Below are positions 41,440 to 53,200 of a stretch of 64,000 nt of DNA, one piece after another (positions within the stretch are counted from its first letter, which is position 1; each line of letters starts with the position of its first letter). A model generated the notes under the pieces. It had not been told where the DNA came from, searched no databases, and saw only the letters and a list, made by a program, of their open reading frames with translations. Made by a program: the position numbers and the translations under genes. The DNA is taken from assembly GCA_047495785.1 (NCBI GenBank), contig JBLDXI010000009.1, positions 744,001-808,000 on the forward strand. The letters run 5' to 3'. This stretch comes from Lepidodermella squamata. Its lineage: Eukaryota > Animalia > Gastrotricha.

Positions 41440-42731
41440 TCTATGTTGGTGGATATATCTTGCTGTCTGTTAGCTGCCATGATAAAGGTTTACAATAATT
41501 TATTATATACCTCTTCCACTAATAAAATTATACCTGGAGTTGACACTGTAATTTTGGAGTCACATCGACGAATTTTTCTCGGATGTTCTTTGAAACGCAG
41601 TTTTGTTATCCAACTCATGTTTTATATTCTGTTAAGATTAGTTTCTGAAATTATAATTTTTATCGTTCTGTAATATCACTGTTCAATCTTTCAAGTTCCA
41701 TATTTGAGCTGATTCTTTGCCATGACATCATGAATGTGCTATTCAGATGTGGCCGTAAATTGGTGTTGTTTTTGACTCTGTCGCTTATTGGTATCATTTT
41801 CAAACCGTTGGTGATTCTCGAGTTAACTTTTTGAATGCTGTAGAATTTTGCTGTTAGCTAATTGATTCGAAAATTTCAGGTTCAAGCAATATAGAATAAC
41901 ACGCAATACTGGTTTTCTATTGGTAACGCATTTTACAAGGCACTCATGCGTTTGTAAGATGCCGTTATTGCAAGAGAACAATAAAAGCGGTTTGAAATTC
42001 TTCAATTAATTGCGTGTTTTTTTGCGTTGCAATTGTTGGCTGAAACAAAAGGTACGGCGACGCTGCTAAACAATGTAGTTACCTGCGGCGTTTGCTTGGC
42101 CAGGTAGCCTGTTGAAATGAGTTCAGTTTGCCGCATTCATTTTTTCGCATGCGTGGACAGCAACATCACGCCAAACGTAAAAAATTCCGTTGGAGGATTG
42201 GTATATGACATTCATTCCCATTCATAAAGAGAATTCCCATTTAAGTTAGTAACGTTTATTCGACTAGAGTTTTTCATATCAGTTCTTCTTTACTTCAGGC
42301 ATAGTTTTTACTAATAATCAACAGTAAGTAAGAGAATAAAGCAATATCCACTCGTCCATGAAATTTGGATTGGTAATTTGCAAGTTGAACACAGTTGTCA
42401 CCGAATTGTTAAGGCTTTAGACCATAGAAAAGCGTTCTCCCAAATTCGCAGCCGCATGAACCTCAGATTAAAATTTCACATCTTTCGTTCGCAGAAAGCT
42501 CCAATACACAAGTTTTTCAATAGCAACAATTAGGAATTTCGCTGATCGAAATTCATGCTAGATGACAATTTGAATCACCCATCATCATGATGCCACGTAT
42601 CACAATAAAATGAAAATTTGTTGATAAAAACAATGCAGTAACGAAAGCCGAGCAATTATAGAAAACTCATGCTCTTCATGATAAATCCATGATATTGAGG
42701 CAGTTAGCATTGGATATATAGATTTCAGTAG

Positions 42732-44715
42732 TTATTTTCCACGTCGAATGATTTTCGGAGTTTTTGCAGAAGCTAAAGGTTCGTTGACCTGACGCAGATT
42801 TTCACCAACCACAGGACGTTTCGCTGCCAAAGGGGAGCCAAATCTTTGAACTGCAGATTTAAAAGCTGACGTTCCTATTGCTGCTTTTCCGACAGGTGCC
42901 GCAATTGGGTCGATGCTGTCTCGATTTTTGCGCCGAAGTGGACGAACGCCGTCAGCTGTGTTCGGTCGCTTGGGTTCTTCATCAGCGGTTTTTCTCGCTG
43001 ATTCGCTGACCTTATCAAGCTCGTTTGCGCGAGCCGTAGAGAGCCGCCCGTTCGCTCTCATCGGCCGGGTCAAACCGCGACCTCGAGAAGCTGTAGTCAT
43101 AGGTAGGATATCGTTACGTGACTGAGGGGCATAGTTGTAAACGATTCCACGACCGTTGAAAGCCACCTGATTTACTTTATCACGCATACTTTGATCTCGG
43201 GCCTGAAAGAAATTCATATAATCACAATTGACAATAGTCTAATAAAGAGCCAATACCATCCATGGATGATCGACAACCTGATCAGCGGACAAGCGGCGCG
43301 TGGGATCTACGGTAAGTAGACCTTTTATCAAGTTTATTGCCTCTGATGACGTTGACGACCAGCGTTCCGAGGGAAATGAGTAAGATCCGTTCAAGATTTG
43401 TTCTTCCAATGTCATATCTGTTCGCTCGTTATAGAAAGGAGGGTACCCGGCCAACGATGCGAATAAAATTACACCCATAGACCAGAGATCGACCTTTTTC
43501 GAGTAAATGCCATTGCCCTTGGTTTTGACGATTTCCGGGGCCAAGTAAGTCGGAGTTCCGCAATAGGTTCGTAGGACCGTTCCAGGATCGACAATTTTGG
43601 ACAACCCAAAATCAGCCAATTTTGCAATAGGGTAGTCATCATCGGATGAGAGTAGAATGTTTTCTGGTTTCAGGTCGCGATGGGTAATGCCGTTGTAATG
43701 CAAATATTGCACAGCGAGAGAGATTTGATAAAATATAAACTTGGCGAACTGTTCCGTTAGCTTGCCATTGCTGACGATCTTATCGAATAGTTCACCACCA
43801 GAGGCATATTCCAGAACGAGGAATAAATCGCCGGATGGAGGTTCATCAAACACATCCAAAATCTTGATAATGCAGGGGTGAGAGAGCTCGCGCATCAGCT
43901 TTGCTTCCTGAAGTCAGAAAATATTATAAGACAAATAAAAATACATTTCAATAGCACTTTACTCGAATGGCTTGAGCGTAACTGGAATGTTTGTCGTCAT
44001 CGCCAATGGCTTTCTTGGCTTCGTTATTCCCAGCAGGTGCCTCACTGAAAAACTTTGATCGGTGAACAATTTTTATGGCAACGGGTGTGCCAGTCCGTCT
44101 AGAAAATGCAAGCTGAACCTCGCCACATGCACCTTGACCGAGCTGCTTTGAAAATCGATAAAGATTTCGAAGGTTAAGCGGAATAGATGGATCATCAAGA
44201 ATAGAAAGATCTGCAAACATCATCACTCGGTTTTTAGCCAATGAAAGAGCTATTTCGGAATTGTTTTCCAACGGAACAGGAACGCCCTTAGTTAGCCGCT
44301 GACCGTTCACAAAAGTGCCGTTAGATGAGCAATCTTCGATTTCGGCGGAGCCGCCAGCCCTGCGCCTAACGCGAAATTGAATTCGACTGTACGACAACCA
44401 CATACTGAGGCGGCTCTTCTCTGAATCCGGAGGACGAGGTAACACTATGGTGACCGGAGGCCCGTCGTTACGTCCGACAATGTATTCGTTCAAAGTAAGT
44501 TGGCTTTGAGGCATATCAGGCGAGAGGCCGAGAAACAAACCCCACGGCGGATTATGATTTGCATTCTGCAAAGAGTCACCTAGGCTGTTTGAAATCGGCT
44601 GCGTGTCAAACTCCGAGATAGCATTGGCCGATAACGTATCATTGGTATTAACGGCAGTTCCATTTGAGCCCGAGTTTAAATCATCAGCGCAGGAAAAAAA
44701 TATGTCTTCAGACAT
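42732..44715 (-). CDS. CHEK2: Checkpoint kinase 2 (FHA plus kinase), three exons
   Basis: FHA GR..SR..SSNGTFVNG; LGQGACGEV, GGELFD, HRDLKPENILL, TYCGTPTYLAPE, LAGYPPF. Confidence 0.92.
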
Positions 44716-45028
44716 AATGGCAACACTAGAAAATGTTAATCAGAATGTGGCTTTTAAATTTTGATAAATTAGCTTTACTTCATTTAAACCAAGGCCAAAC
44801 ATGAAAAATAAATACCTCTCCATTTTTCCATTACAACTCATCTTAGAAGGAACACAGAGTCTTGTTATGATTAAGCGGCTGTTTGGGCTATACGCATAGA
44901 CTGTACATGATATACTTTTAGAGATAGTTCCACGACCATAAGGCATAAATATGCAGACAAAACAAAGCAACGGAATTTCGGGCAATTTTTGCAAGAGATA
45001 CATCACCAGAGTTATAAGATAGAAAATA

Positions 45029-47487
45029 TCAAGAATTTCCAGGCTGATGCTGCTGGTGTTGATTAGCCGCAGCCAATTGTTCCCTCAATTCAGTGATTTT
45101 ACGTTGTATAGCTGAAAGACTCGAATGCACACCACCTTCGGCACCAGATGCAGAAGGGGAAGGAGAAGATAATGCAGGAAAGCGGGAAGGCGAGGGGCTT
45201 GAGATGCCACTATTACCTATTGCAGCATTGATTGGAGTTGCTTGCCTCAATGGATCCATTGCGAATCCCGTCTTGGACAAACCCGCCAGTCTCGACTGAA
45301 GTTCACGTTTTTCACGTGAAAGCAGCTTCACAGCCGCTCTTAAAGCATCCATTTCACTGGGGCAAAGAACACCAGACGGCGTTCGAGGTAGCTGCTCCAC
45401 GCTAGCAGCAGTTGCATTCAGATTGCTCGAAAAGCATTCGCTCGACAGTATCGACTCGGATGGAGACACCGGCCGATCAGCAAAGCTGTTCATCGCGACT
45501 TGACACGAAAAATGGGACTGTTCACTTGGTACAATTTGCGAAACTTCAAACTCGCAATCGAGTTGAGAAGAGGCATCGCGAAGAGAAAAAACCGAATGGC
45601 AAGCGTCTGTTCCAGAATCTGCGGACGCAGATGATGCCTGAGTTTCGGCATGGTCCCTAAGTAATATAGGGTCGGAAGCCTGGTTAAAAACTTCGATAAT
45701 TGCTTGCGACTGAGCATCTGCAGTGCACACTGGTGTTAATTCCACATCCTGATTGAGCGTTTGACATGTTGCATCAGCAGCTTCTATTCCACTTATTTGC
45801 GTGTAGATGTCCTGCAAAACGACAAGACCGCCGGCGTCGGTTGTCGCGTCAAATTTGAGCGTTTCTTCAACGGTGACCGTTTGAGCTTCGGAATCCGCCG
45901 TCAGCACAATACATTCAGTTGCCTTCGCCAAGCTCTCCGTAGCCAACGTTTGAGCACATGCTTCTGAGGTAGATGCCATTAGATCGGTCTGCGAATCGAC
46001 ATCTTCCAATGCTACGCCTGCCGATTCCGTCTCTACGTCTGAAACCTCAACTACAAGCGTCTGTGTCATGCCGTCGGAAGTGTCAATATCCCGCTCAGAC
46101 ACAGAGTTGTCCTCGTACTGCGACGCGACATCCAAACCAACTAAAGCACTACATTGAGTGAAAGTGTCGCAAGTAGCCCTAACATTTTCGAAGCACTCGA
46201 TTTGCTTTGAGTTATTGACATCAGGCATCTCAACAACGACAGGCTGTAAATCGATACTTGAGAATTGCACGGAAATGGAAGTATTCGGAAGCACGAAGTC
46301 TTCAGTTTGAACATCAGCCGAAGAAGAACTAACATCGCCTTCGAGCGGCTTAGAAAGAGAAAATTTCTGAGCTACATCCGGATCGGTTTGAGACTGCTGA
46401 TCAGCACACGACACACGGGGCGATTTAAACATGTCAATGGGTATCGGCATGACCACTGCATTGGTGGCCGCTTGAAGTGCCTGCTGCAGCTGATTGCATG
46501 CATCCACCAGGCTGTCTCGTTCCGAAGTTAGTACCGCAATCTCCTGGTCTCGTTGCCGAAGCCGTCCGGTCATATCAGCCAATTCTCGCTGAAGCTGCAT
46601 GGTCATCATTGCCATGGCAGCTTGTTGCTGAGTTTGAACTTGATTATTTGGCGTTCCCCTCTGCTGAAGATCCGCAACCCTAGATCCTAGTTGACGTTTG
46701 AGATCCGATTCGGCCAACTGCGCAGTTTCTAGCTGTGCCTATAAAATTTAACTAGGTCAAAATCTTCACGTTCATTATTGCAGAGGCGCAAACCTTCAGC
46801 TCAATCACTTTTGATTTCAGCTGATTCAAGGCAGCATCTTTCAGCTCCATGCGGCGTTCATATTCGGCAAGTTTGAATTTTGAATCATTTGATCGGTTTT
46901 CGATTTCTCTCAGAGTTGTATTCAGCTGAGTAATAGCTACATCCTTTTCTTCCACTTTTTTCGTCAAATCTAATTATTAGTTACCATAAAGTTGTTTCCA
47001 AGATGAGAAAAGCTTAAATTACCTTGCACCAAGGCATGACATGTGCGATAAGCTGAAACTGCAGGCGCCCATTTGTCTATGGTCGATTTAAGATTTTCGT
47101 TTTCAGCCATCAACGTCTTAACCAACTGCGCTCGAGCGGCCATAGTTTTGGCAGCATCATTTTCGACATGTGAAGCATCATTGTGGTGCAGATTATGATT
47201 AGATGGTGGTTGATGATGACGTATGGCTGGTACAGAAACAGTGGATAATGCTCGGCCGTATTCGGATGGTGGGCCTCCAATGCTCGAAGTTGGCGTGCTA
47301 ATTGCAAAAAACGATATAATAGTGGACAAATAGCATCTCATTTGACGTACGTTCTACCAGAAAGGTCACCGCCAGCTTTCCGGCTTATCTTCTTTTTGAA
47401 CCGTTCCAATCTTTTTTGCAACTGCTCACGAGAGGGATCTTTGCTTTGCTCCGAGACTTGAGGGTTATGAGAGCTCTCTGCGTTCAT
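45029..47487 (-). CDS. Unknown coiled-coil protein with central array of QT/TQ/SQ motifs, multi-exon
   Basis: ORFs 47338-47520, 46970-47341, 46752-46967 and 45029-46717 joined by short introns; heptad-rich ends; repeated QSQTD, DVQTE, MTQTL, DSQTD, CAQTL, EAQTV, TCQTL. Confidence 0.7.
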
Positions 47488-49225
47488 TCTATCTAATGTT
47501 ATGATTCTAAATTGGAACAAATACGCGGAACATTTAATTGGACGATTTTTTAAGCGTTATCAATTTTTGATGTGCCACATCAGAAATCACACAAGAAATA
47601 TCTTATGCTGACAGACAATTGTTTTATAACCAGCCGGGTGATTTGAGAATGTGAAGACGATAATAGCTCAAAGACATTCTTGAGACAAACGCACGCAGCG
47701 CTGGACTCGACGCTTAAACTCGTCTTTTCTTTCACGCCACTCCTTCGCAGCATCGACATTTGCCGGTGATTCATCTAATAATGAGCTTGATAATTATAGG
47801 AAATCTTAAACGTTGAAAGATACCGTTGGGATCAGACAGCATCGAAATCACACTAAGAAGAATAGTTTCAACAGTATGAACAGGAACCCATCTTTCGGAA
47901 GCTTTTTCGTAACCATATTTGTCTTCTCCTGGATCGTGAAGAATAGAGATGCAGACGTCTCCGTTTTTATCAACTGTGAGTCAAATGTAAACATGAAAAC
48001 AGTCGGCGACTAAAAAAGATAGAGCGATACCGTTGGGATGCCATATCTAAAATGAGAGGCATTTTCTCAACCTGTTAGGAAATTAAAAGAATGTACCTAC
48101 CTCCGAGACAAATTTCATTTTCGGGGGTTTCAGCGGGTATTCCTGTTAGTTTCAATATTTCATTACAATCTCCATTGAAACCAAAACATACTTTCGGGAA
48201 ATATAAATGAGCTTTGAAAAATCCACCTTCACTAAAAGGCGAATGAAAGAATGATGATATTCACTTTATATAATGAAAAGAAACTTACTAGAAGGTGTCC
48301 GGTGGTCCAATAACTATTACTTCCCATTTGAAAATCTATGAGAAACTCATTTATGAAGCTACGGTACCTAACAATGATAGCTTACATCGCTGTCGTCAAT
48401 TAAGCCAGCTGAAAATCCTGGAACAGGATTTTTCTGCAAATCTGCGAAATAATAGCATACAGATTGAAACGATTCATCACATATAGCCTACCCAGCAGTT
48501 GACGACGCAAAAGAAGAGCGGCTTGATCTCGCTGCTCATTAGCCATAATAAAACTATGTAGTGGAAAGCTGGTTAACATTATTTCATTAGATATTACCGT
48601 TAAGATTCAACCATCGACATTGCGTCAATTTCATAATTAGAAATTATAATTATCGGGAAGGTCAATGCAAAAAGTAATATCTGAAACAGCTAGGGTCTCA
48701 TTGCTAGCCAAAATACTCAAGGCTAGATCGGTGAAGATGACGAATCAACTTGCAGCATCAGAGAAGCAATCATAAGTTCTCCGAGTGATAAATTAATATC
48801 TGAGTTTAGTATTCATTGGGAGGGTCGGCGTTATGTTTTTGAAGGTTTCTACTGCTTAACGGCTGGTAAAAACAGCATCGGCCAAGAAAATTAAGCAACC
48901 TGTTCGAAAATTCTAAGTAACGATTGTCGATTGTCTTCATCAAGCGAGCACTGATGCGCGCCCCCAATTTTGTTACCCACCATATGGCATATGATATATC
49001 ATAGACTTTCTATTCCCACGTATTTTCACAAAGCGGCTAATAAGACGCTGATGTGACGTTGGCGACACATGAGGCTTGTGGTGGCACTTGATAGAAACTG
49101 AAATTTTGTGGGCTCCGCGTTAGAAGACAGAAATGAATGGGAGAAAAGCTTCAGGCTGTCAGGTATGTCATAAAAACAAACCAAGCGAGAAGTAGAATAA
49201 GAATGATTAGGACCGATGCACTAGA

Positions 49226-49752
49226 TAAAGTCAGTCGCTTTATGTAGATCGAGCATCGAGATTTTGTTTAATGGCTGAAACTTGAACAGCTTTGACCTTT
49301 GACTTTTGACTTGAACCCAAGTCAGCACTTTAAAAAAATGCTGAAGCTGTGAAAGACCACTGATCAGAGTTTCCATCGTTGGGTTTCCCCAGCCCTGCCT
49401 GCTTGAAAGGTAGTTTAGCAGTTAACAGGTTCCTACAGTTCCAACAGCGCGCCCTGCCCTGCGAAGTGATGCGGTTCATTCAAATAATTACTCGCGCCCA
49501 ACGAATCAGGAGAATATGCGTGAAAACCAATTATAAAAATGTCAGATACATTTTTTTGATTACATTATTATTCAAAGATATTCATAAACACTGGTTTTAT
49601 TACTTATGAATTTATTTCTCAGTCCGCATGTTTTCATTTTCTCGAAACAGAAATCGGGACGATTTTTGGCCGTCTCAAAAGCCGGATGCTATGAAATGCG
49701 CCTCAAGCAAGGCTTTGGAGAGCAATTCTTGCGCTCTACGCTAGCTGCTTCC
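49226..49752 (+). repeat. Left copy of 527-bp direct duplication flanking the LTR element
   Basis: Matches 60118-60644 (offset 10892) with no differences seen; the same spurious 76-aa ORF occurs in both copies. Confidence 0.95.
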
Positions 49753-50082
49753 TGTGACCCGACAGCCGAGACAATTTCGGCGACGACATCCAATTACGCC
49801 TACATAATTAGCCGGAAGACATCAAGGTCCCAATGACGTCAATGGCAACAGTAGTTGGATGCGGCGAGGTCGAAACGGCGCCTACGATTGCAATTACCGA
49901 AGACACCCACGAGCAATTATCGACAGACAGTAGGCGTCACCCCTGGACATTCCACTGCCTATATAAGGACCTCATTTTGTGAAGATGATCATTGTGCGGT
50001 AGTCGTGCTTTTGGAGCATTAACAATAAAGTTGCACATTGTTATACTCCTGTCTTTTGGAATAACCCTGAACCCAGGTTACA
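49753..50082 (+). repeat. 5' LTR (330 bp)
   Basis: TGTGACC...GGTTACA; CRE palindrome TGACGTCA at 49834, TATATAA at 49960, Inr-like TCATT at 49989, AATAAA at 50024. Confidence 0.96.
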
Positions 50083-50086
50083 TAAC

Positions 50087-50099
50087 TGGTGGCAGCGGT
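50087..50099 (+). other. Primer-binding site, tRNA-Leu
   Basis: TGGTGGCAGCGGT is complementary to the 3' end (ACCGCTGCCACCA) of metazoan tRNA-Leu(AAG/TAG); lies 4 nt (TAAC) after the LTR. Confidence 0.85.
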
Positions 50100-50287
50100 T
50101 GGCTTTAGAGTTTATTTTTCACCCCGAACAGTTGCTACCCAACTCTTCTCCACGTGGAGGATTGCTTAATAAAGTTTTCTCTCAAGAAAACTGTAACATC
50201 TGTATAAACTAGCTACTAAGTTATTCGTCTTCTCTTTATTTCACCGATAAGCAACTCGTCTAATTAAGGAATAGATAAGCTAGCGCA

Positions 50288-53200
50288 TTGCCTAATACCA
50301 GGCATCAGCATTTAGAGCAGGATATCCCTGTGCTAAGTAAGGTACAAACCGAAGGTCACGGAATAAGGAAAAGGGCGAACACGGCTTCGAAAGTCGAACC
50401 GAAAAGTGAGCCCGTAGACACACAGGAAACTCAGGAAACCACTAAAGAAACACTAACAGTAGATAAAACTCTCAGCAACAACCCATCTCCTAACGCTGCT
50501 AAAGGATTCTTGATAGCAGCCAAGAATCTACTAGGAAGTCTACAAAGGCCTAGCACGACCAAGAAAACCAGCACAGTCGACGAAAAGGAGGAAGCAACGC
50601 AGATCTTCCCCATTGGATCAGGTGGAGCGCTCGTCGTTCATACACCCGTGAAAACTCGTCTACCGAAACCAAAGGAAATTACGTCCATGGCAGATTACAA
50701 GATCCCTACGTCCGTAACGTTCAAAAACATCGTGCCCTTCGATGTGTCGTCCATCCCAAAGTTCGAAGAGTCGTTCGCTAAATTTGAAGCAGCGGCTAGA
50801 GCGGCGGGAGCTAAGGAGCCAGTAGGGACGGATACGGGAAATGAGGGAGGCGACAAACGGTTTACATTCGGAGCAGCACGCACCATGGTTCGATGCTTGC
50901 TGCCGACCCATTTCCAGGACGACTGGCGCGACGAGGCACTAGATGATATCAAATCATACGGCAAGCTAAGGGAGAAAGTCATGGAGACGGTTGGACTAAA
51001 CGTCAACAAACAAGTCCATCGAGAGGCGTTCGTGAAGAGGCGCCAACTGGCTAACGAGAGCCCAAGAGCATATATGCGAGAGTTGAAAAGACTTGCCAAG
51101 TGGGCGGACATAACATCGGACAGTGGATACAGCAAGACGCTCGCAGATACGTTCAAAGCCGGACTCCGAAAGGAGTACCGGGCATACATATATGATCATC
51201 CACCAGAGAAGAAGACTCCGGAGAAAAAGGACGACCCGTTATGGCTCGTATCCCGATGCGACGAATACGACGAACGCCAGCAAGTGGTAGGCGAGGAAAC
51301 AATCGGTATCAACAGACTGTCGCTTAACGACAACGAGAAGACCTGCTACGGTTGCCAACAAAAGGGCCATATTAGGAAAATGTGCCCGAATCAGGCGCAG
51401 GGTCAAAGAAGTCAACAGCGAGCTGGGCCGACCGGGGCACCGCACATCTCTCAGAACGGCCGATGGCCCATCAACTTCTTACGAAACAGGAACAGCAGGC
51501 CGAAGAGTGATGGAACCGATGGATGTTTTAACTGCGGCAGACCAGGACACTTCGCTCGAGAATGTCGACAACCCAACAACCGCGGGGCTGTCAGGAATTT
51601 CAAGCCATTCGGATCGGGAGGCGGTCGCCCAAACAGACGGCAATACGTCCCGATTCGGATGTTGGCGCTGAATAGCCTAGGCGACCGGAGCATGGTTCTC
51701 GACGCACAGGCTAACGGGAAACCAGTACGCTTCATAGTGGACACCGGAGCGGCTGTTAGCGCCATCCGGGCCGACCTGGTAGATCCGCGCCGAGTAACGG
51801 GGAAGGAAATGGCCGCGGTGAACGCCGACGGCACGGAAGCCCCAATACGAGGCCAAACAGCGGTGACCCTAGAAGCGGGACCTTTTCGCGGAAAACAACC
51901 ATTTGTCGTAATGGAGGCCCTCAACGCCGAAGGTCTTCTCGGCTTTGACTTCATCAAAGACAACGACATTGTCGTGGATATTCCGAGGAACCGTCTACTC
52001 TGGAAGGATCATGTCATACCGTGTAAAGCTTCATTGGGGCCGGCAGCCTTACGGCTACCAATGAGAGCCGTGCGGATGGCACAAGAACAGATCATCCCAG
52101 CGGGAACTCGCACAACGGTGCTCTGCAGCGTACCAATGGCAAAAGAAGGAGAAACGGTACTCTTCAAACCGGAGGGTAAAGATGGCGATACAGAACCTTG
52201 CCTGGTCTACGGACACACCGTTGACACGGTCAAGGACGGAAAGATTCGGATAAACGTCTTCAACGTCGGGACGACTCCGGAAAGAGTTCGGCCAATGACG
52301 GCGATTGGCAGTGTCGAGCCAATAACGGACGACCAGATTAGCCCATACCGCACACAAGGCCGGGTCAAATGGGAGCCAAAGGTCGACCTGTCATCCAAAA
52401 TGCTTAACGACGAACAACGAAAGAAAGTCCGAGCGCTTATCAATGCATACTCCGACATATTCAGCAAAGACGATGACGAAGTCGGACATTGCCCTTTCAT
52501 CGAACATAAAATTCGTGTCACTGGCCCACCATTCCGACAGCCGTTACGACGGACAACGCATGAGGAACGAGAAATCATGCGCAAAGAAGTCGAGAAAATG
52601 GAACGGATGAAAGTCATCAGACCAAGCAACAGCAGCTGGGCAAGCGCGGTATGTCTGGTGAGGAAGAAAGATGGCAAGTATCGCTTCGCCATAGACTACC
52701 GCGTCCTAAACAAAAGGGTCCACGAAGCGGGATACTCCGATCCTTTTCCGCTACCCCGAATCGACGATACCCTAGAAGCACTCGGAGGGGCCACCATATT
52801 TTCAACGTTCGACCTTCAGTCAGGGTACTGGAATGTCCCAATGGAAGAGGAATCCAAACCGTATTCGGCATTCGTAACCCCATGGGGCCTATATGAGTGG
52901 AACGTAATGCCATTTGGACTGTCCAACGCACCGGCGACGTTTCAGAGGCTGATGCAATACGTGTTCCACGGAATGCTATTCGAAGAAGTATTGATTTACT
53001 TGGACGATATAATCACATTCTCGAAGACATTCGAAGAACATCTGGTCCGGCTAGAGCACACTTTCCAACGAATCCGACAGGCGGGGCTAAAAATGAAACC
53101 GTCGAAGTGCCACATCGCACAAGAAGAGGTCGAATTCCTCGGATATCTGGTATCCGGTAAGGGAGTGCGCCCGGACCCGAGGAAGACTGCACCAGTGCTA

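Noticed and set aside
49379-49609. 76-aa ORF present twice (also 60271-60501) as an element gene or part of longer LTRs
   Set aside because: TTG start, lies outside the TG...CA LTRs defined by PBS and PPT, and occurs left of the 5' LTR but right of the 3' LTR, so it is duplicated target DNA.
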